This document shows positions 43,701-55,700 of a stretch of DNA of 64,000 nucleotides, piece by piece; within the stretch, counting starts at the first letter, position 1; every line of letters starts with the position of its first letter. The position numbers and the translations under genes were made by a program. Under the pieces are notes generated by a model. The model saw only the letters and a list, made by a program, of their open reading frames with translations. It was not told the origin of the DNA and did no database searches. Source of the stretch: Phoronis australis (lineage: Eukaryota > Animalia > Phoronida); assembly GCA_002633005.1 (NCBI GenBank), contig NMRA01000547.1:197561-261560 (forward strand). The letters run 5' to 3'.

Positions 43701-46700
43701 ACAAGGATAAGGGTCAATGCATTAATCAGAAGTTACAACTGCACTCCAGAAGTAAACTGAAGAATTGTTTAGTGACTGCTGAATCCTCAACCAGGGTGTG
43801 TTTAGCAACAACAACAAGAATGGAAAAGCATATTACAACAGTGGCCAATAATTTGGGTTGGTGTTGATGTCAGGGTTTTCACAAATTGGCTTGTATTTAA
43901 CTGCACTCCAAAACTTCTCTACCACTCTACCCTACTACAGTGACCGAAGATGACACCATTATCTGACACTGTCTTTGTTAGAACACATTTACTTGTGTTA
44001 AAGGGGAGCCACGGCGCTATCTGTACACAGTTGGCACCGTTATTTTCAAGTTTTACTTCGGGCCTGATATCAACTAGATGCTTTTTTGTTAAAATGTAGA
44101 AATAATTTACTTGCCAAACCTGAATAGAAGTCCTATTTTTTAATAGCATCTCATGCAAAACCGGAACATTTTAAAAACAAATTCCATACAGTGCATCATA
44201 AAGCATAGTGTCTGAAAGTTTCCAGTGAACGTGATCAGCCATTTTTGAGATACGATGTTCCGAAGTTGGCCAAATTTGGACTCTTTTCTAGGGTACAACA
44301 TGACCGTTAAGACCTTTTTGAACATTCCATATTGAACAGTAAAACTTACCGGTAAATTAGGGTATATGTGAAAGAGGTCTTGACGACCATCTTTTCTGGC
44401 TTGGGCCAGTTGGCTGTCTGTCTCTCGAGAATACTGAATGATAAAATAAAGAAAATGCAAGCTTTCATAAAATCTGTGACTGTTCGTTTCTTAGATTGCT
44501 TTACAACTAGGATATCATAATCATGAGAGTTTTTATGCCAATTGTTCAAATTTGAAGTATCAGCTGAATGTCACATGCATTTTACAAGATCTAAGATCAT
44601 AGATAGAACTATGCCAGAACAATATATCATGTAAGCAATACCCATTTATTCCTTTCCACTCACATATTTGGTAACATGAACAAACTCATCACTATTTCCA
44701 TATACTGTAATATTCATTTAAGGACGTTATGACAAACATTATCAGCAAATCTGCACATTTAACTAAATATCCATGTTGACGACACGTTCGTGTTACTCCA
44801 TGAGTATGACATTGACAGCTTCACACGTCACATTAACAGCTAAAACGAAAACATACTGTTCACCATGGAACCTGAGGTTGATGGTCGATTGCCATTCCTA
44901 GACTTATAAAGACGAGGTCTCTACCAAGATCACGCTATATCGCAAACACACCCACACAGACAGTATTTGAACTTCAAGTCCAACCACCATGTTCACACAG
45001 TCTGTTATGAGAACGCTACTGAACCGTGCAGAAAGATACATCACTGAGGATAAGGATACAAAGAGTGATCGTCAGCACATACACCTTGCTTTGAAAGCCA
45101 ACGACTATGAGCCATGGGCATTGTAACTTCCTCACAATCGAAACCTACCAGCACTAGTGATAACCGCTGGGATCCCATACATTTGTGGAGTGTCCGAAGA
45201 GCTACGTCGAGTCTTCAAATGCCATGAAGTCAACGCTTACTTTAAACTCTTCACATTCAGGTAGTTAAACCAAAAGAAGTCACCCCACTTGAGCAGTAAA
45301 GAGGCCATTTACATTAAGCAGTGTAACCCCCCCCCACTTAACCGTGACCAGGGACTGCAACTTCCTCCTATTTATGATTAGGTGTTACTTCCAGTTCCAC
45401 AACAGCGGGAACAACAGTCACGTGATCAATGGCCTGAGCTTCAGGCTTGAAAGGTTATGCTCAATTAACTAAATCTCTCCTAGTAAGTAACTTATCTAGT
45501 TTTTACCAACATGAATTTAACTCAATAAAAGAATAAAAGTATATATGATTCTGACAAAAGAAAATCCGTAGAGTTTAATTTTGAACATAACATGCCATTG
45601 ACAGGTCACGTGACTATGTTTTTTTCGAAAATTTATAGTAAAACAGTAGCATCAAGAATGAGACCTCATTTCCATAACACTGTCAAAAATGTCAAAATTG
45701 CTGTTTTCCTTTTGTTTAATACACTATAGGCTTTGATTTCATATTAGTAACATTTTTGATAATTTAGAATAAAGCATTTTGTAGAACAGTACATAAACTA
45801 TGACACAAAAACATTTTCTTTGAAGCTGGTCAGTCAAATCTGAGACAAGATGTTAAGAAGTTAGCTTAATTTTTGACATCTTTTCAGGGTTCCTTAATTG
45901 GCATAGGATTCAGGGAGATGAACATTATGAGGGTAATGAAAAAGTCACACACTTATAAACAACCCCTACTAACAACGCACTGGTTACACCAGCCAATATG
46001 CTGAATCTGAAGAGACCGTTAAGTTTCAAACAAACCTTCAGCAGTTCAGGATTTTTTCCAGAGTCCCAACCATCTCGTTCATCAACACCTCTTCCAGGAG
46101 AAGAAGTGTCTGAAATTAGTAAAACAGTATCACAGTGACACAAATAGCATGCTGTAAAAGCAATTAAGTAAACCAACATGAAAACAAGAGAAATTTGCCT
46201 AATTTCACGAAAATTTGTTCAGAAAAAAGGTAAAAGTAAAAAATGAACTTGAGAGTACAATCCTTCTGAGAGAATGTGTGTGCCATCCAATCCACAACAG
46301 GAAAATGACTGAAATTTCCATAGACATTCACAGAAGGTTTTGTAGATGCAACAGCAGACCTTAGATGCCAGATGAACAGCCAGTACATATGAATATGTGG
46401 ATGCACGAAAAGGATATATATATATCAACATTTCATCTCATACATTTCAGATTTCATCCAGACTCATAACTTTAGATAAACTTTGCAAACAACCCAAGCT
46501 ATACACAATACACTAACTGAAGGAGGATCAAGCACTATGTTTCAACTATAACTTTGACCTCAAAAGAACAGAAATAATACCAGGCTTACACCAAACAATA
46601 TTCTACACATAATTCTCACATAAAAATCCCAATATCACTGCAGAAAAACAAAATAATTTGGCACAATTCAAAGCACTGTATATCAGAAATGGCAGACTGA

Positions 46701-49700
46701 GATGAGCCAATTTCGAAAAGCCTAAGTTTTGTCTGCTTCACTGGCTTAATAGCATGGCTGGGTACCTGTACTAACCTATTTTATCTTCCATTCATTTTAA
46801 CAAGAGCAACGTTGAAATGCGCTGATGAATGCACCGCAGATGGTGTGCTTCTAAGGTTGTTTATGTGTATCATAAAAATGGCCACTAAATGGCGCAAAAA
46901 TGTTGAATCCATACGATAACATGCCATCACTTCTTTAACAGCAAACTATTTACCAAATTTCATAAAAATCTGTCAAGGAACTTCAGGGAAATAAAAGGAA
47001 AATGGAAGAAAATCAAATTCCCACTAGAGGGCACAGCGTTCATTGGCTCCGCCTGAAAGTTGTCGTTGTCTGTTGTTAGCTTCCTAAATTTAATGAAGAT
47101 CCTGTAGTGGGTTTAGGAGACACAGCTATGGGTGCAAAACAAAACATAACTACCACTAGGAGGCACAGCAGTAGTCAAAGTCGTCATCGTCAACAGTCCT
47201 CTTCACACTGAGATCATATACTCTTGGTGGACGCCAAAAAACAGACTCTGTCATGTTTTTACCCGTGTGTGGGTGGGCGCAGGTTGTTACAGACCGGTGC
47301 TAATAGCTTTCGGAGTGACGATTGACTGAAGACTGGTTCGAGTTAATCCTTTATTAATCCGCACCGTACGTTCACAAGCCTACTCAAACCAAACGTCCGA
47401 CGTAATGTCTGTTTATGCTCCAGCCAATGCTGAGAAGCCTTGACTTGTGATGAACTTCTGAGACACGTTCAGCAACTGTTACACTCGTCGATTCAATAAC
47501 CTGCTGTCTCTATAGCTGGCTCTCTATTGACTATCGCTGTAACTGCTGATTCTCTTCACTGCAACTCAACTGTAGTTCTGATTAACTTACTTGAACTGAC
47601 TTGATCTTCTCTTGAACTGAATTGATATTCTCTTGAACTGACTTGATCTTCTCTTGAACTGACTTGATCAAACCCGTGCTTGTGTATTTATAGCCTAATG
47701 CATTGTTCTAGAACTTTTCATCAATTCAAGCACATTCTAGAACTTTCCTGAATCTACCCATCCATTCTACAAATATATACTAGTCTCTAGATTATTCCAG
47801 ACTGTATTAATCACTGTCATGCTAGAGTCTTCTACAAAGTTCCACACTACACTGTAGTAAACAAATTACATCATCACTGTTCTGACATCAGTCTACTAGA
47901 AAGTTCCACACTATTTTGTAGTAAACAAATTACATCATCACTGTACTTAACTCAGGGGTCATGCCAATCAAAGAGAATAACAAAACAAAACAATGCAACT
48001 AAAAATACTGTCAGACTATATTCTGACAGAGTAGAAAACAGCAAAAATGGCCACTAGGTGGCGCAAAATACCTCGATCCCATCCAAAAACGGGATTATAG
48101 CGTTATCTCACCAATAGATGCTTATATTTCAAATTTTATGAAAATCCCTTGAGGACCTTTGAAGATAGAGAGGTAAACGTAAAAACTAAAATTGCTACTA
48201 GGGAGCACACCGGTTATCAGATCCGTCTGAACGTTGTCGTCGTCGTTCGTTGTCAACATCATATAAATACACTAGCTACATTTAGTAAAGATCATGCAAA
48301 TGGTTTAGGAGATACTGCCATGGGCGCAAAAAAAAAACTGAAACAGCCACTAGGAGACGCCAAAGTAGTCGATGTCGTCAGAAAATAGTCGTCAGCTGCC
48401 CTCTTCATAGTAAGAACATACATGCCAATTTTCACAATCCTTAGAGCAGTTGGGTTCATAGAGGGGTGGAAGCCAAAAAACAGACTTGAAAACAGTAAAA
48501 ATGGCCACTAGGTAGCGCAAACTACATCAAATCTATCCGAAAACAGGAGGATAGTGTCATCTCACTAATAGATACCTAATGCCAAATTTCATGAAAATAC
48601 ATTGAGGACCTATGAAGATATAGTGGTAAACATAAAAAAAATAAAATTGCCACTAGGGGGCACACCGGGTAGTCTGATCAGTTCGAAAGCCGTCGTCATT
48701 CTTTGTCAACTTCATATAAATATACTTGCTAAATTTAATCAATATCCTGCACAGCATTTACGATACCGCCACAGGCTCAAAATCAAACAAAACTGCCACT
48801 AGGAGGCACTACAGTAGTCGAAGTCGTCAGAAAATCGTCGGCCACCCTCTTCATAGTAAGAGCATAAGTAACAGTTTTCACAATCATCCTTAGAGCGGTT
48901 TGGTTGATAGAGGGGCGGATGCCGAAAAACAGACTTGTAAAAATGGCCACTAGGTAACGCAAAATAGTCCAATGAATTTGCAAACGCATGCATAGCATCA
49001 TCTCATTAATACAGACATGCCTATGTGCCAAGTTTTATGAAAATCCTTTGAGGACCTTTGAGAAAAAAAGAGGTAAACGTAAACAAGAGCAATGCGGAGC
49101 CTTGAAGTGCGCCCACGAATGCGCCGCAAATGGTGTGCTTTTAGGGTTATTTAGTTGTATCATAACAATGGCTACTAGATGGCGCAAAAACGTACAATCC
49201 ATCCAAAAAACAGGAACATGCCATATTTCGTAAAAAGCTGTCAGGAACTTGAGAGAGACAATGGAAAACAGAATAAAATGAAATTGCCACTAGTTGGGCA
49301 CAGAATCCGTTGGATCCGCCTGAAAGTCGCCGTGCTCTGTTGTTATTTTAATACAGCTATGGACGCGAAACAAAACAAAACTACTACTAGGAGGCGCCAC
49401 AGTAGTCAGTCGCCATCATCAAACGTCCTCTTCACACTGAGAACATTTCAATATTCAAAACCATCCCTAGAAGGATTTGGTTGACAGAGGGGTGGACACC
49501 AAAACCAGGGTTTGAAAACAGCAAAAATGGCCACTACCTTGAGTATCCAAAAACAGGAGCAAAGCGTCATCTCTTCAGTAGATGCCTATATTCAAAATTT
49601 TATGAAAATCTGTTGAGGACCTTTTAAGATACAGAGGTAAATGAAAAAAACTAAAATTGCCACTAGGGGGCACATCAGTGGTCAGATCCGTCTGAAAGTC

Positions 49701-52700
49701 GTTGTCTGTTGTCAACATCATAGAAATACCTTTGCTAAATTAAGTAAAGATCCTGCAAACAGTTTAGGAGATGCAGCCATGAGCGCAAAAAAAAAAAACT
49801 GCCACTAGGAGGCACCCCACTGGACAAAGTTGTCAGAAAATCATCATCAGCCGTCCACTTCATAGTAAAAACATACATGCTGATTTTCACAATTATCCTG
49901 AAAACGGTTTGGTTGATAGACGAGTGGACGCCAAACAACAGATTCGAAAACAGTAAAAATAGCCACTAGGTGGCGCAAACTAGGACGAATCCATCTGAAA
50001 ATGGAGAGATAGCATCACATCATTAACAGATGTGTATGCCAAATTTTATGAAACTACGTTGAGGACCTTTGAACATACAGAGGTTGATGTGAAAAAAATA
50101 AAATTGCCACTAGGTGGCACACCAGTAGTCAGATCTGTCCTAAAGTCGTCGTCCTGTGTTACTAACATCATATAAATACACTTACTAAATTTAGATCCTG
50201 CAAACGGTTTAGGACATGCAGCCATAGGCGCAAAAAAAAAACAAAATTGCCACTAGGAGGCGCCACAGTAATTGAAGTCATCGGAAAAGCATCGTCCACC
50301 GTCCACTTCATAGTAAGAACATACATGACAATTTTCGCAATCATCACTTGAGCGGTTTGGTTGATGGAGGAATGGACGGCAAAAAACAACAAAAATGGCC
50401 ACTAGGTGGCGCAAAATACCTTGAATCCATCCAAAAACAAAAGGATAGCGCCATCTTCCTAATATATGGTTATGTGCCAAATTTCATGAAAATCAGTTGA
50501 GAACCTTTGAAGATACAGAGGTAAACGTAAAAAACTAAAATTGCCACTAGGGGGCACGGGTCGGTCCGAAACTCGTCGCCCTCTATCGTCAACCCCATAG
50601 GAACACACCTGCCAAATTTCAATAAGATCTTGTAAGGGGTTTAGGGGATACAGCCGCGGACTCTGGACAGAGATTGACGGCAATATGCACCCACAAATAA
50701 ATATGTGGACGCATAAAAAATAAAGCTGTCACTAGGGGGCACACCAATAGTGGGGTCTGTCCAAAATTCGTCGTTATCTGTCATCAGCTTTATAGTAACA
50801 CATCTGCCAAATCCCATACAGCTGCAGACGCCGGACGCCCAGACCGACAGAGATGAAGGCAATATGCGACCACATATAAATATGTAGGTGCAAAATTAGG
50901 CAAAAAAGCATAATTGGCTCGAGTCAGTGGTGCGGTGAATTTTCAAAAAATAAAAATCCACCAGAGACGAGCAAAAATGATGAGGTATCTTTTTTCACCC
51001 ATTACATGCCAAATCATGACGCTTCAGCTATTGCTTTCCTTTGCTTACTCGCCCTTGGGCAGCTTTTCAAACAAAATAAACACGAGACCCTGGCTGCAAT
51101 TTATGTTGGCAGGCATTTTGCTATTTTTAGTCAAGCACAGATCTCAAAATAAGTAGTGGTAGAGACTAAAACCAACTATGCTTTTTTGGCCTTACTGGTA
51201 CTCTGCCCCGATGGTAAAGCTCAGACATTTCCATTTAACTGTCTTTCTATAAGACTTTATAGAATACAAGAGCAGTCAGGATCTCTGCCAAGTTCGATGT
51301 TAAACCCTGTTTTACTGATTTCAACCAATCATGGTTATGTCCCAACACAGCCAGAATGGCAAGTCTTAATAGATCATTCTTCGTCACTATCTTTACATAC
51401 GTCATAAAAGTGTGTAAGCACAATTAACCAGGGCCAGCAAAATTGCAGAATGCCAAAACTGTTGTATCATCCCATTCCTCGGTATACACGCAATCCCACC
51501 TTTCAAATTAACGGCCTGTTCCTGAGCCCTGGCTGCCTGTAACACCTTGTTGATAGTGTTAATCCATTCCTCTGTGTCCTGGTCACTGTCTGATGTCAAG
51601 TAGTGAACAGATTTGTCCTGCATGTGCACCTCAAATGCGTGCCGACCTTTTTTGTCGTTCTGTGGAAGCAGGATGAACAAAATGAAATAACACTGAGTCA
51701 ATGTTAGATGTTACAGTGTATCCTGCACCATCTGAGAGCTTGTCCCTTATTCATGTGAATCACGATACTTGATTCATGACCCATTGTCACCAGTTATTTT
51801 CATAACAAGAAACCAAAGTTCAGGACGGGTAAGTGCATAATCCTTACAATATTGCCTAGTATCCAGTTATTACGAAGTTGCTGTTTAGGAGTCAGTCACT
51901 GGCAACAACTATTGCCATCGGTTTCAAATTTGTTGCGGTAGCTATGATACAAATCAGCATGAACCAAAGTAACAAGATTTTCAAATTTATCCACAACACC
52001 TTAACCATTCAATGTGTTATTTCATCCTGAGTGCATTTAAATTGTAAGAAACTGTCACTTGGTTATCATCTGCAATCTGACTTCAATATCATAACCACTT
52101 GATACTAGTGCTCTGAATCCACTCTCAATGTTAATTCACAATGCATCGAACATATTGGCAGTCTTGTCTAAAAGTTTGTAATTTCCTGCTGCAGTATGTT
52201 GCAATTGTGAAAATGATGTCAAAGTCACCAAAATCAAGTGAAGATGCCCCACCTAAACCTAATGCAGATGCTGCGGCATGACCTTCAGATTTAAAAAAAG
52301 GTTCTGTTGACGTCCGCCATGAGTTTAAACAAAATATGTTAGTTCAAAGGAAAAATTATACAGTTAGACGAACTTACCTTAAGTGAAGGATGACTGTAAT
52401 TTTATGTATCCCCAGAATTCCCCCAGAGTGCTAACATGAGATACGGACATGCGCAAAGCGAACCATTCTTTAAAGCTCTTCTGTGATCAAGAGAGTGCTA
52501 ACAGGGTGGGATGNGTATAACTTGCGCGAAAAAACCTTCCAAAGGAAAAACACGTCTTCCTCCAGAAGATAAGTCCGTGGAATGGTTCGCTTTGCGCATG
52601 TCCGTATCTCATGGTAGTACTCGGGGGAATTCTGGGAGGAATAAAATTCACCACCATGATATTGTACATCTCTAATTTGGAGTATTCGCTAGGGTTGTAA

Positions 52701-55700
52701 TGTAATCACTTCCATACCTATAGGTATTCTACCACAGCTTGAGCTCCTTTATACAGGAAATGATGTTCAACAGTTTTCAGTAACAATCTTATCTGGCGTT
52801 GCATTCCTGATTATCAATTAGCTTTTTCACACCATTTTTTCAAAATTTCTTCTAATGAATGTTACCTTGACAACATCAGCGGCCGAGTCCAAGTAGATGA
52901 CTCCCTTTGCATCTAGTTTTTTGTCATCTTTGTGAAACTCTAGGGCATATGTAGTGTCTGCTTGTTGCTTCAAATAGCAATAGCGCTTCTTATATGCCTG
53001 CACAGAAACAACAGTTTATGGAAGACAATGCCAACCAATCAAATGACGTGCGTGGACCAAAGTTGCAGCAGGCCACCAAATGTTACTTCTTGGTAAAACT
53101 AAATTATGATACAGTTTACTTGCTGCACACCATATTTATTGTTTCTCAAAACACCCCACTTCCACAAAGAATAACTAACTACTTGAACATGTCTGCTGTA
53201 AATTGATCGGTAATTGATTTGTGGCCAGAAATGTTGAATTTGAAGGATTATATTCTTAATTTTTTTTGTAATTAACAATAAAAAAAATATTAGAATCATG
53301 GTATTAACTGGTAATGAATATGCAACCACAGTACACAACAATCGATGTGTGTAGACAAGGCTTTACCTTTGTAAAACTAAAACTTGACTCAGTGGTGCTA
53401 TCTGGTCCTCTGTAAACCCATCCACACTTGGTGATATGACCAATATCTCTTGGCAAAGAGTTAGTCCCTGCCTGCAAAATGAAACGCTCATTGCACACTG
53501 GAAGAACAAGTCCTTCAGCCAAAGCAACAATATTAAATGTGAATATAGGTTATTCCACATACATAGGAATACTACTGCCATATCCTATTGAGAACTCATT
53601 TCGTCTGGGAATGTCCCAACGAGACCGAATTTACCGAAGGAGACTGCTCACCAACCGTGAAATACGGCTTCTGCCGTTGAATACAGCCTCTACCATTGTA
53701 TACAGATTGGCTCTACTTTCCCGTATTTCACAGTTGATAACGTGACGTATACAACAACCATATTTTCACATATATGGGATAAAGAGTGTTATCTCAGCAC
53801 TTTCAAAAGCTGCTTTGAGCATATCAGCCATCCTGTAAAATATAACGATCAAAAAAATTTCACAGAAATACAGAACAGATTCTAGCAAGACTGAATATTT
53901 GAAAATAAAACAAACAAGTAATTGTCAACCCTTGTGAAATACTGTCATGTTTCATCAGATAACTTTTTAATCATACAAGAGCAACGCAGAGCGTTGAAAT
54001 GCGCCCACAATTGCACCGTATACGGTATCCTTCTAGGGTTGTTTATTGGTACCATAAAGTGGCCAGTAGACGGCATATATGTAGTATGTTGTACTTTGCA
54101 AAATGGAAAGGCATGGTCCTTGTCTCCTCAATAGGCTAGGGGCAAAATGTGAGTAGTCTTCATAATACAAGCACATCCTATACACCAGTTGCTTAAAGCA
54201 CCACAGAAACATAGAATTAAAAACAAATTTACCAACATACGAGATTAGCACAGCATTAGAATGCCAGAAACAAATTTCTACTTGGAACTTTTCCTTCATA
54301 GTCACGAAGTAACACAAAGTATACACCTGAAGACCTATGAAAATACAGAGGTCAATGTAAAATACTAAAATTGCCACTAGAGGCAAATACTAAAATTGCC
54401 ACTAGAGGCATACCGGTAATCAGAATCATCCTAAAGTCGTCATCGTCCGTTGTCAACATCACATAAATACACTTGCTAAATTTAGTAAAGATCCTGCAAA
54501 CGGTTTGGGAGATACAGCCATGGGCGCAAAAAAACAAAACTGCCACTAGGAGGTGCCACAGTGGTCCAAATCGTCTGAAAATCATTGTCAGCTGTCTTCC
54601 TTATAGTAAGCACATACACGCCAATTTTCACAATCATCCTTTGAGCGGTTTGGTTGATAGAGGGGTGGACGCAAAAATACAGACTCGAAAACAGTAAAAA
54701 TGGCCACTAGGTGGCGCAAACTACGTCGAATCCATCTGAAAACAGTAGGATAGCGTCATCTCACTAATAGGTGCCTACATACCAAATTTCATGAAAATCC
54801 GTTCAATACTTTTGAAGATACAAAGGTAAGCGTAAAAAACTAAAATTGCCACTAGGGGGCACACCGGTAGTCGGATCCGACCAAAAGTCGTCATCTTCCG
54901 TTGTTAACATCATATAAATATACTTACACAATTTGTAAAGATCCTGCGAACGGTTTAGGAGATACAGCCATAGGCGCAAAAAAACAAAACTGCCACTAGG
55001 AGGCGCCACAGTAGTCGAAATCGTCGGAAAATCATCGTCAACCATCCTCTACATAGTAAGCATATACATGCCAATTTTCACAATCATCCTTTGAGCGGTT
55101 TGGTTGATAGAGGGGTGGACGCACAAAAACAGACTCGAAAACACTAAAAATGGCCACTAGGTGGCGCAAACTATGTCGAATCCATCTGAAAACGGGAGGA
55201 TAGCGTCATCTCACTAATAGGTGCCTACATACCAAATTTCATGAAAATCCGTTCAGGACTTTTGAAGATACAAAGGTAAGCATAAAAAACTAAAATTGCC
55301 ACTAGAGGGCACACTGGTAGTCGGATCCGTCCAAAAGTCGTCATCTTCCGCTGTTAACATCATATAAATAAACTTACACAATTTCGTAAAGATCCTGCGA
55401 ACGGTTTAGGAGATACAGCCATAGGCGCAAAAAAAACAAAACTGCCACTAGGAGGTGCCACAGTAGTCGAAATTGTCTGAAAATCATTGTCAACCGTCCT
55501 CTACATAGTAAGCATATACATGCCAATTTTCACAATCATCCTTTGAGCGGTTTGGTTGATAGAGGGGTGGACGCACAAAAACAGACTCAAAAACACTAAA
55601 AATGGCCATTAGGTGGCGCAAACTATGTCGAATCCATCTGAAAACGGGAGAATAGCGTCATCTCACTAATAGGTGCCTACATACCAAATTTCATGAAAAT

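Larger units (their letters stand above)
46799..50895 (-). mobile_element. HINE/DINE-1-like element, copy 4 (both ends present), hosting a solo LTR and copy 5
   Basis: Starts aacaagagcaacgttgaaatgcgc; ends ggacgccggacgcccagaccgacagagatga...atgcgaccacatataaatatgtaggtgcaaaa. Confidence 0.8.
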
